In this document: positions 53,189-63,322 of the stretch, piece by piece
Layout: every line of letters starts with the position of its first letter
Position numbering within the stretch: the first letter of the stretch is position 1
Assembly (NCBI RefSeq): GCF_964204645.1
Contig: NC_134031.1
Location: 7,440,001 to 7,504,000, forward strand
Direction: 5' to 3'
DNA: 64,000 nt
From: Tubulanus polymorphus
Lineage: Eukaryota > Animalia > Nemertea
The notes under the pieces: model-generated
Told to the model about the DNA's origin: nothing
The model's input: only the letters and a program-made list of their open reading frames with translations
Databases searched by the model: none
Made by a program: the position numbers and the translations under genes

Positions 53189-56100
53189 ATGGGGGAGAAT
53201 GAACATCAGCCAGAAAACAATAATGCTAATAAAAATCAATATTATTGCCCATATTGTAAAAAATACATCGATAAATCTAATAAATCTTAACATGAAAAAT
53301 CTTCAAATCATATAAAAAATGTTATAGATTTTGAAACTCCAGAAAATTCCAATGAAAGAAAAGAACGATTAGAAAATATGAATGTGGATGAAATAAAATG
53401 TGAAGTTTGTGATGAATTTATAACAAAAAGGAATTATATTAGATTAATAGAATAATATAATAAATTATAATATCTCGAAACAGAAAAACACCGTCAAAAT
53501 TTGAGAAATAATGTTTTAGGAATAGATAATTTTGATGATAAAACTCAACAAGTAAAAAAACCAACTTCAAAAACTAAATCCATTTCAAATAAACCTTACA
53601 TGGAAAATGTTAGAAATTATATTGATTCACTAGAAATAAGAGATACAATTGAAATATTAGAAACATTACGTAGTAAAATTGGTCCTGCAGCTATTATATT
53701 TAGATTTTTTAAAGGTACAACAATAGAAGATTATAGTAAATTTAATGAAATGATAGAAAAAATACTAGATTTGATAACAGATGTTGAATATCCAAAAATT
53801 AGTATCTCTGGGAAAGTAAGTTTTTTAAAGTCAGAAGATAAAATGGATTATGATATTCAAACACTCTCTGAAGAAATAATTTCAAAAACACAAATAAAAG
53901 AGAAGTTAGAAAAAATATTTAATGAATTTAAACGTCATATTGAAGAAAGATATTTTGAGGGTTCTGGCTTAACATTGAATGAAATTATATTTTTAGATTT
54001 AAATGTTTATAATACAAAAAGAAATAAAACATCAAAAAGTAATAAAATGTTTAAAAATGATTCAAACTTTACAACAGAAAAGGAGTATATTAAAGCATCA
54101 TCTTATATTAAATTACCATTTACAACAAAAGCAGTAATAAATATTCAAAATGAAGATAATAAATGTTTTCTATGGCCAATTATTAGTTGCTTACATCCAA
54201 CACAGGAAAATGTTTGTAGAATAACAGATTACCGGAAATATGAAACATTATATAAAATTGATCAATATCCAGTAACTATAAAAATGATTCCTAAAATAGA
54301 AAAAGTTAATAATTTAAAAATAAATGTATTCGAATTAATGCAATTACCAAAGACAAAAGGTGAAAATATTAAAGATTATACATTGGAAGCTTTATATTTA
54401 ACAGAATATTATGATGATGAAAATGCTATAGATTTGTTATATTACAAAAAAGATGAAAATGAACATTATATGTGGTTAAAACAAATTGATTTATTCTTTA
54501 GAACAGAAAGTGATCATCATCATAAAATTTATCTATGTAGAAAATGTTTATCTAAATTTATGACTGTGAATACATTATTAAAACATAAAGAATTATGTGA
54601 TAATAAAGATTTTTGTAAATTAATAATGCCAACAGAAAAGATTATAAATTGAAATTTACTAATCATAAATTCAAAAATATTGTTCCATTTGTAATTTATG
54701 GGGATTTTGAATCGTTGAATAAAGAATTAACTGATCAAGATAGAAAAGAAATATATAACAAAAAGCAATTATTAAAATCAATGGATAAAGGAAATGAATT
54801 AAACGAAGACACAACACAAGACCCGCCAATTATAAATACAATTAAAAAAGTTCATCAAAGAGCTGCTGCTTATGGAATTTACATCAAATCAAATTATCCC
54901 GAATTATATGAAAGTCAATATATTTCTTTTAGAGGTGAAGATGTAGTTAATGATTTTTGTGACAAAATGATTGAATTAGAAAGTGATTTTGCAAAATTAT
55001 TAAACAAAAATAAAAGAATAGTTATGACAAAAGAAGATGAAATTGATTTTAATTATGCTACTCATTGTTGTTATTGTGAAAAACGTTTTTATTCATTTGA
55101 TAAAAAAGTTAGAGATCATAATCATTTAAATTCAAAATATCGTGGAGCTGCACATGAAGATTGTAATTTACAAGCTAAGAAAGTTAATTTTGTACCAATA
55201 TTATTTCATAATTTATCAGGCTATGATACCCATCTATTTATAAAACAATTATCGGGAAAATTGGGCGCAATTAATCAAGAAATAGAAGAATATAATGCTA
55301 TGAATGGTGTAAATGTAAGAAAATATGATTTTAAACTATTAGCTAAAATATCTGAAAATTATATTTCATTTCAATTTGGTTGCATTAGATTTTTAGATTC
55401 TTATAGATTTCGAGCAAGTTCATTAGATAATTTAGCAAAAAGTTTAGTTGATAATGATTTTGTTATAACTCGATATTATTATCCAAATGAACAAGATTTT
55501 AAATTATTGAGATATAAAGGTGCAATGCCTTATTCATTTTATAAAACACACAATGATTTTAATGTAACAGAATTATTAAAAGATCAATTTTATGATCAAT
55601 TAAAAGAGGAGTACGTGAAAGATGAAGTGTTTAATAGAACATTAAATATTTGGAACCATTTTAAGATGAAAAATCATGGTGAATTAGTTGATTTATATTT
55701 AAAATCAGATGTTATGATATTGGCTGACATATTTGAAAAATTTAGAGAAGTTAATTTGAATCATTTTAATGCTGATCCTTGTTATTGCTACTCTAGTCCT
55801 GGTTTAAGCTGGCAATGTGGTTTAAAATACACAAATGTAGAATTAGATTTATTAAAAGAACCAGACATGGTTTTATTATTTGAAAAATCAATTAGAGGTG
55901 GAATTAGTGGTGTTATGGGAGATAGGTATTTTAAAGCAAATGATGAATACAAATTATTATATATTGACGCCAATAATCTATATGGTTGGGCAATGATGCA
56001 ACCTCAACCATATAAAAATTTTATATTGACAGAAGTTGAAAATGATGATAAAACTGATTGGGAAAGCGCAATTGTGAGTTTAAAAGATGAAGCACCAATT

Positions 56101-58228
56101 GGTTATTTCTTTGTAGTTGATTTAGAATATCCTGAAAATATAAAGTTTAAAACAAGAAACTTACCTTATTGCCCAGAACATTTAACTGTAGATGATAGTT
56201 ATTTAACTGAATACCAGAAGAAAATAAAACCGAAAGATCATGTTTTTACAGAAAAATTAATACTTACTCAAAATAATAAATACAATTATATTGTTCATTA
56301 TAGGATGTTAAAATTTTATCTAAAACAAGGAATGAAATTAAAGAAAGTACATAGATATATTGAATTTAATTAATCGAAGTGGTTAGAAAAATATATAGAT
56401 TTCAATACTCAACAGAGATTCATATCAAAAACATATTTTGAAAAGATTTCTTCAAATTAATGAATAATAGTTTTAATGGTAAAACATGTGAAAATATTAG
56501 AAATAGAAATGATATTGATTTAGTAAATAATTCTGAAAGATTAAGACATTTACAATCAAGTCCTAGACATTTAGGAAATAAAAGATTTGAAGATTATTTA
56601 ACAGCAGTTAAATTAAAAAGATCGTCAATGAAATTTAAAAAAACCTATATTCATTGGTTCAACTGTTTTAGAAGTATCAAAATTATTAATGTATGATCTT
56701 TATTATAATGTTTTACAACCACTTTTTGGGGAAAAACATATAGAAATCTTATATTTTGATTCTGTTACAGCTGACACCCCAATATTATTAAAATGTAATG
56801 ATAAAATATTGATAAGAAGAATTTCAGAAATAATTCCAAAGGAAAATGAACGTTATATTTCATATGGTGAAAAAGAATTAATATAAATAAATGGTTTAAT
56901 GAATGTTTGGACAAGAAATGGATGGAAAAAATTAAAGAATATTATTAGGCATAAAACAAATCAGAAAATCTATAGAGTTAGAACTAAATTAGGGTTTGTA
57001 GATGTTACAGAAGATCATAGTTTAATTAAACGAAATGGTGATGAAATTAAACCAACTGATATAAAAATTGGAGATGAATTATTACATAAAAGATTTTACC
57101 CAAGAATGAATCATATGTCATTCGACGAAATTATTGATAATATTTATAATATGGAACCTGAAACATTAGAAGAAAAAGAATATTTTATCAAAGGATTTTT
57201 TATGGGAGATGGTTCAGCAGGTGTGTATAATTATGTTTGGGGTAATAAATATTGTTGGTATTTATGCAATCAAGACTTAAAATTATTAGAAAGAATTAAG
57301 GAATTCTGTGAAGAAGTTTATTCACATAAAACATTTAGAATCAAGGCATGTTATGAAATCATCAGCAGTTTATAGAATACTTGTAAATAATCCTAAAGAT
57401 TTTGCTATAAAATATAATGATGAATTCTATATTCATGCAATAGTGAAAAGTAATACTTCAACAAAAGAAAAGATAGTTCCAGATTATGTATTATATCCAG
57501 ATTATTTATTAAGTATAAAAAGATAACCTTTGCGCAAAAAGGAAAAGTTGCTATATCAGGATTAAATGTATTATGCAATTCATTAGGTTTTAATATGAAT
57601 ATTGGATTGATTAAATCTAAACCAAATTGCTTTAATTTAAACCATGTAGAAAATGAGTTAACAGAAGAAGTTAAATATTTATTTGAAATATGTAACCCAA
57701 CAGATTATGTTTATGATTTATCAACTGAAGATGGCACATTTAACTGTGGATTTCCATTAATAGCCAAAAATACGGATGCGTACATACTAAAAATCAAGAC
57801 AAATGACATAACAAAAGACTTAAAAACATTAAAACATCATTTTGATTTTAGCAATTATCCCAAAGATCATGAACTATTTAGCAATGATAATAAAAAGATT
57901 CCTGGAAAGTTTAAAGATGAATTAGGGGGTGATGAAATGATTGAATTTGTTGGGATAAGAAGTAAAATGTATAGTTACAGAACAAAAGATCATGAAGCTA
58001 AAAAGTTAAAAGGAATAACAAAACATGTGGTTGATAAACATATAGAATTTCAAGATTATATAAAGTGTTTATATAACTCAATTGTAATGAAACACAAAAT
58101 GAATTGTTTAAGATCAGAAGATCACGAGATGTACATTAATGAAGTTGAAAAAAACTAGTTTGAATCCATTTGATGATAAAAGGCATATTTTAGATGATGG
58201 TATAAAAACATTACCTTATGGTTATTAA
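53189..58228 (+). pseudogene. Protein-primed family B DNA polymerase (pPolB) containing an intein
   Basis: N-terminal C2H2 fingers, OTU-like INIQNEDNKCFLW..EHY region, ExoI VIYGDFES, EndoVII-like insert, ExoII FHNLSGYD, ExoIII YLKSDV, motif A IDANNLYGWAM, motif B KLMNNSFNGKT, motif C LYFD|TDAY split by the intein, PGKFKDE, KLKGI, C-terminal PFDDKRHILDDGIKTLPYGY. Several stops and frameshifts (53288, ~54650, 56371, ~56445, ~56640, ~58150). Confidence 0.95.
56761..57771 (+). mobile_element. Intein with LAGLIDADG (DOD) homing endonuclease in pPolB motif C
   Basis: Block A SVTADTPILL (Ser1), block B DVTEDHSL (TxxH), block C FIKGFFMGDGSAG, block F YVYDLSTEDGTFNCG, block G IAKN followed by Thr+1. 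Removal restores YFDTDAY. Span is 1011 bp. Confidence 0.93.
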
Positions 58229-59541
58229 AATGGATCAATATCATCAAACTCGAAATCACTATTGGTTTCTTCTTTTTCATTTAATTGTTCTTGTATAATT
58301 TGTTTAGGTTCTTCCATTTCATTTTTCTCATTTAAATAAAGTTCTATCTTGTACCACATTTCATCTCGCTCTCTTTGTTTCTTTTTGTTCGTTAATTCAT
58401 CAAATGGAATTATAATATCGATGTTTAAATAATTTACAATCTTATTTAAAAAGAATTCATAATTAATTGAATCTGTTATTTTATTATCCACATAATATTT
58501 TAATATGTTTGTGAACGTTTCTTTTATATTTCTTATATCTTCTTTTGTTAATTTAGGTTTTTTATAATAATCGTTAAATAATAAATATAAATACATTTTC
58601 TTTTCTTGTGTGTTAAATGTTGACGGAATAATTGTTTTTATTATATCTTTTTTAGTTATTTCGCCATTTTTATTTTCTATTTTTTTCATTTTTTCAAGCC
58701 ATTGCTTATATTCTGGTGTATGATCTTCCGTAGAAAATATTTTAAAAATTTCATCTAGATATTTTAATTTTGGTTCTATAAGAATATTTCTAGTTTTTTC
58801 ATCACCCCATAAATTCTTTTGCCATCCACATTCATTACAAAATATCACAGGACCTTCTTGTCTTAAGTACTCATAAATACATTTTGGGCATTTTTGTCTA
58901 TCATTTCTTAGTAATAGATCTTCATTAAGCTCTTGGTATTTTCTTACGTTTTCTTTATGTTTTATTGTTCTATTACGTAGATTTAAATTACTTGTTGTAA
59001 TAATCAATTTACAATAATATGTTTTTCTTACTAATTCATTATATTGTTTATCTAACTTTTCAACTATTTCTTTATTATCTGGTAACGTTTTCTCATATTT
59101 TATTTCTTCTAATAAACTATTTTTTCTTTCATTGAATTCTGTTTCGAATTTATTAGAAATTTTATCTATATGTACTTTACGAAATTGATGATTCTCCCAA
59201 GCTTCTATATTTTCAGGACTAAATTTCATTCGGCAAGGCTCACAGAAATGATCTTTTATATTATCCTTGTCAAAGAATAAGAAAGGTCTTTTCCAAATAA
59301 CTTCAGGTTCAGGTTCAGCAGAATTACTATTACTTTCGTTACTATCAACATTAACCGTTGCGTTATTAATTTTAGAATTCTCTGAATGTTTTTTAACATA
59401 ATTTCTTGAGAATAATTTATTACATTTTGGGCAGTTTATTTTAGGGGGTTTATAATTTTCATCATGTTTTTTCATATGTCGCGCCATATTACTTTTTCTT
59501 AGAAGTTCACCACAAATTTCGCATGGTATCATCTCATCCAT
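58225..59541 (-). CDS. Zinc-finger protein with C-terminal poxvirus/NCLDV late transcription factor VLTF3-like domain (438 aa, intact)
   Basis: N-terminal C2H2 fingers. Zinc ribbon CPKC..GPVIFCNECG, then KLKYLDEIF and INYEFFLNKIVNYLNI..LTNKKKQRERDEMWYKI, resembling the VLTF3 consensus (YxxxLxK..L..K...D.IWKKI). Its stop overlaps the pPolB stop (TTAA 58225-58228). Confidence 0.68.
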   Translation of the reverse strand: MDEMIPCEICGELLRKSNMARHMKKHDENYKPPKINCPKCNKLFSRNYVKKHSENSKINNATVNVDSNESNSNSAEPEPEVIWKRPFLFFDKDNIKDHFCEPCRMKFSPENIEAWENHQFRKVHIDKISNKFETEFNERKNSLLEEIKYEKTLPDNKEIVEKLDKQYNELVRKTYYCKLIITTSNLNLRNRTIKHKENVRKYQELNEDLLLRNDRQKCPKCIYEYLRQEGPVIFCNECGWQKNLWGDEKTRNILIEPKLKYLDEIFKIFSTEDHTPEYKQWLEKMKKIENKNGEITKKDIIKTIIPSTFNTQEKKMYLYLLFNDYYKKPKLTKEDIRNIKETFTNILKYYVDNKITDSINYEFFLNKIVNYLNIDIIIPFDELTNKKKQRERDEMWYKIELYLNEKNEMEEPKQIIQEQLNEKEETNSDFEFDDIDPF

Positions 59542-59610
59542 TTATTTAGGAAAAATTTTATTAAAATTAATTTTTAGTGATGAGCGGTAATTTTTTTTAT
59601 GTTATAAATA

Positions 59611-60369
59611 ATGGTAGAATTAAAAGAATACAGAATATTTGTTGATTCTAGAAAACGTACAAATTATAAATCACATAATTTATTAGTACAATTAGATAGA
59701 GAATTTAAGAATTGTGTTGATTTGAAATTAGTTAATATAAGTTTATGTAATTCTTTTTATAATGTATCGGATAAAAGTCTAGAACATTTAATTTTTTCAA
59801 TCTTTTACAAAAAAAGGAATAAATGGTTTTTTATATATTTAAAACCAGGATTATATAATTTAGATACATTAGCACAAGAAATTAATAGAAAAGCTCGAGC
59901 TTAATTAGGAAGTGATTCCGGATTTAGTATTAGATTTTCAAAAAGTGATAGTTCTAATAAAATAAAGATTAGGTTAGCTCATGACGAACAATTTAAATTT
60001 ACAGTAAGAAAACCTTTAGGTAAACTGTTAGGAATTAACCCAGATATTGTTACAGTAAACGCAGAAGGTAGATCAAATTTAATACCTTACACACATTTCT
60101 GTATTTATTGTAATTTAATTGATCCTACAAAAACATTTGAAGCAACTAAAGATACAACATGTAATTCTAGTATATTAAGTATTTTACCATTGAAGAACGT
60201 TAAACAATTTGGAACGCAAATAAATTATAATTTAGCTGAATGTGATTTTAAACCTTGTATTCCACATTTCAATAATTTTAAATTAGAAATAAGAAATCAC
60301 AATGGATATCTAATTGATTTAAATAACTTTCCTGTGATATATGAATTAGTTATAAGATGTAGAGAGTAA
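59611..60369 (+). pseudogene. Minor capsid (penton)-like protein, single internal stop at 59902
   Basis: Read-through gives 252 codons: IFVDSRKR..FKNC..L.NSFYNV..KPGLYNL..EIN..LGKLLGI..CIYCNLI..ILSILP..FG..FKLEIRNHNGYLIDLNN.PV.YEL, a single jelly-roll penton pattern. Confidence 0.7.
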
Positions 60370-60385
60370 TTTTTTCATTATATAA

Positions 60386-60745
60386 ATGAATATAACTGTT
60401 GGACCGAGTATATGTTTTGGGTTTGATTGTAAACGTGAGAAAGAAATGAAATTTAACATTAATGATGTAATTATACATATTAAAAATATTGCATTTTCTA
60501 ATGAAACATCATTTGAGTATGAAACAACAATAGATAAAGAAACTTTAAATGTAGAAAAGATTACTAATTTAATTAGAGAATCTTTAAGATTTTATGAATT
60601 AGATGAAGATTTTATCATCGATGATATTAAAAAAATAATAATTGAAATATATACAAATGAAACTAGTAATGAAATAAATGTTGAATTAATCATAAATAAG
60701 ATAACTAACTATTTTGAAGATAGTAATTTTTTGATTAATAAATGA
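60386..60745 (+). CDS. Hypothetical Polinton protein (119 aa)
   Basis: Intact ORF preceded by the conserved TAATTTTTT..TAAATG motif. Confidence 0.6.
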   Translation: MNITVGPSICFGFDCKREKEMKFNINDVIIHIKNIAFSNETSFEYETTIDKETLNVEKITNLIRESLRFYELDEDFIIDDIKKIIIEIYTNETSNEINVELIINKITNYFEDSNFLINK

Positions 60746-60973
60746 GTGATAATAAGTGGATAATAACTGGTTTATATAATGGAGCCTTACTATCAGTTGG
60801 AACTGTTGGTTATTCAATGGTATTAAATAAGAAGTATTTAAAATGTGAAGTGTTAATGTTGATAGATTTGATATCAATGATATTTTAAAATTAACATTAG
60901 CAGTTACTTTATCTAATTTAACTATTGATTATTTGGAAAAACAAAAATATATTCCTCCCATATAAATGCGTAA
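60742..60973 (+). pseudogene. Small Polinton protein (frameshifted)
   Basis: Motif-preceded ATG at 60742. MSDNKWITGLYNGALLSVGTVGYSMVL / ..DRFDINDILKLTLAVTLSNLTIDYLEKQKYIP resembles small conserved animal-Polinton ORFs. Confidence 0.55.
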
Positions 60974-60989
60974 TTATTTTACTAAATAA

Positions 60990-61415
60990 ATGGCTTCTGC
61001 AATTATAACTATTATAGGATCGGCAATTGTTATCGCTTTAGCATTTACTGGTGGTGGTTATTTATTTAAGCATATTGATAAAAATAGTTCATTAGGAGAA
61101 CAAAGAAGACATAACTTAGCATTAGAAAAATACAATAAAGCAGCAGAAGAATATAGAGAAAAGAGGCAAAACTATATGGATTATATTAACAAGGAATTAT
61201 ATGATCAGAAGATTTCACATAGAGATTTTCAATCAGTTAATGATGCAATGAGTTTATATAACGCGGTAAGCAATAAAGAAAAATTACATCTATACAAACC
61301 TAAATTATCAGATTATTATACCCCAAGTAAAGAACAACAGAAATATGAAATAATTTGGATTTTAGGCGGAACAGTTATTGTTATATTTGTAGCATATAAA
61401 TTTACTAATAAGTAA
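60990..61415 (+). CDS. Conserved Polinton protein with N- and C-terminal hydrophobic helices and central coiled coil (141 aa)
   Basis: MASAIITIIGSAIVIALAFTGGGYLF..EQRRHNLALEK..DYIN..DAM..Y, a pattern recurrent in invertebrate Polintons. Motif-preceded ATG. Confidence 0.7.
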   Translation: MASAIITIIGSAIVIALAFTGGGYLFKHIDKNSSLGEQRRHNLALEKYNKAAEEYREKRQNYMDYINKELYDQKISHRDFQSVNDAMSLYNAVSNKEKLHLYKPKLSDYYTPSKEQQKYEIIWILGGTVIVIFVAYKFTNK

Positions 61416-61430
61416 TTTTTTTCTAAATAA

Positions 61431-61884
61431 ATGGATGATAAAGTTGATAATATTGATATTATTCCTCATGATATAAATAAAACTAAATTAAAAATATATT
61501 TAGAAAAACAAATATTAGAATTTGAAAAAGATTTAAAAGTTATTAAAAATTCATATTATTTAAAAGAAAAAATATTTAAAATCTAAAATTATATATTATT
61601 TGATTATAATTGGTTCGGTTACAATTAGTTCTGTAATAACATTTCTAGCAATATTTTCGCCATTAACACCTTTAGCTATATCAATTGGCGTATGAGGATT
61701 AAGTTCAAGTGTTTTAACTGCTATAAGTTCAAAATTAAATATAAAAAGTAATAAAGAAAAAATTAAAACTAATATAAAAGAAATTAATAAATTAATGAAT
61801 ACACTAGATTATATAATACGTTTAAATGGCCATATAACAGTTGAAGAACAAGATAAATTATTAAAAGAATCAATAAATTATTAA
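61431..61884 (+). pseudogene. Two-TM coiled-coil Polinton protein (disrupted)
   Basis: Motif-preceded ATG. One frameshift and one TGA. Hydrophobic IIYYLIIIGSVTISSVITFLAIFSPLTPLAISIGV*GLSSSVLTAI. Confidence 0.55.
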
Positions 61885-61899
61885 TTTTTAATTATATAA

Positions 61900-63306
61900 A
61901 TGGTAGATAGTTTTCCAAAAGCTTTCCAATATAATAAATCAATTAAATATAATATTCCAGCAATAGATTTTAATAAAGATATTTCATATAGAAATGAAGT
62001 TTTAAATTCATTAATTGCTTTATATATTTATGTTACTGAAACTAATTATTTTAATGTTAAGATGGGAAATATATTTCATGTGTATACAATTAATTTCAAA
62101 AATTTAAATGAGGCAAAACAATGGTTATTAAAATCTAATATGAAGTATTGGCAGAACCAATTAAATGTTGCTGTTTATTGTGCAACAACAGGATGTGGAA
62201 TTAGTTGGAATGATCATTTAAACAAACCAAGTTTACCATTGATGTTATCACTCTTTAGATTTCATACATACTTTCAAACAATATTAATATTAGATGAATT
62301 AGAATGTCCTTTACCAGGTTCAAAATTTTTTAAAGAATTGAATAATAATATTAATTTTTCTAAGGTTATAAAATATGTAATGAATTTAATATTAATTCAA
62401 ATAAAGATTTTAGAGCCAAAATTGGAACAATGGGTGGATTAGGAATATTATATACTAAAGAATTTGGAAAAATAATGGCAAATTCAGATATAAGAACACT
62501 AAATTGGAATGAATTACCAAAATATTATAATAATATACAACAACAAAACAATAATTGTTGGGTTAATTTCATTTTAGAAAATAGTGAAGGTTTTACTAAA
62601 GCTGGAATACAAAGAATAAATCAATCTATTAGAACTTATTTGATATGTATTTTAGGCGCGCAAGTTGAAACAAGATCACCAATAGTTGGAAATGATAACA
62701 CTTCATTCGATGCGCAGAAACAATTCAAAGTATTATTTGAAGATTTAATTCATAATGATAAAAATAGATCGATTCCAGAAAACATTGTAAGATATCAAAA
62801 TTCTTTAGATAGTATTATTTGAAGATTCAATTCATAATGATAAAAATAGATCGATTCCAGAAAACATTGTAAGATATCAAAATTATTTAGATAAATCTCA
62901 TGTAAGACTAAATTATTGTATAGGCCCTAATCTATTAATTATTTCTAATGATTTAGTATTAAAGATGGGAAATATAATTGGTTATAATAATCTAATTAAA
63001 ACTGCAACAATAAATAATTCATTTGGATTGAATGATATAAATAAAAAGATAATTACTGCTCCCAAATTAATGGAAGGTGAAAAAAATAAAAAACACATTC
63101 AATCAACTGAAGCTAAAACTAAAAATATTAAATTGGATAATGATTCTAAAATAAAAGATTACAATACTACAGAAAATATTAAAACTGATAATATTCAACA
63201 TGAAATAATTAAACTAAATGATGATAATAAATCCCATGAAAATGCTAAATTAGCTTTAACTTTTATAGGAATTGTAATCGGAGGAATATTATATTTTAAA
63301 TTTTAA
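61900..63306 (+). pseudogene. Conserved Polinton protein with C-terminal membrane anchor (disrupted)
   Basis: YWQNQLNVAVYCATTGCGIS..HL, FRFHTYFQ, SEGFTKAGIQRINQSIRTY..CILGAQVETRS, DAQKQF, IGYNN, C-terminal LALTFIGIVIGGILYF. Broken by a frameshift at ~62370 and an 82-bp tandem duplication (62729-62810/62811-62892). Confidence 0.72.
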
Positions 63307-63322
63307 TTTTTTTATTATATAA

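Noticed and set aside
56761-57771. Insert as a spliceosomal/group I intron or a Hedgehog-type Hint domain
   Set aside because: It has no GT-AG ends and is in frame with both exteins. It has Ser1/Asn-Thr splice residues and a LAGLIDADG motif at a known intein site, and lacks Hedgehog's Cys-Phe start and sterol-recognition region.
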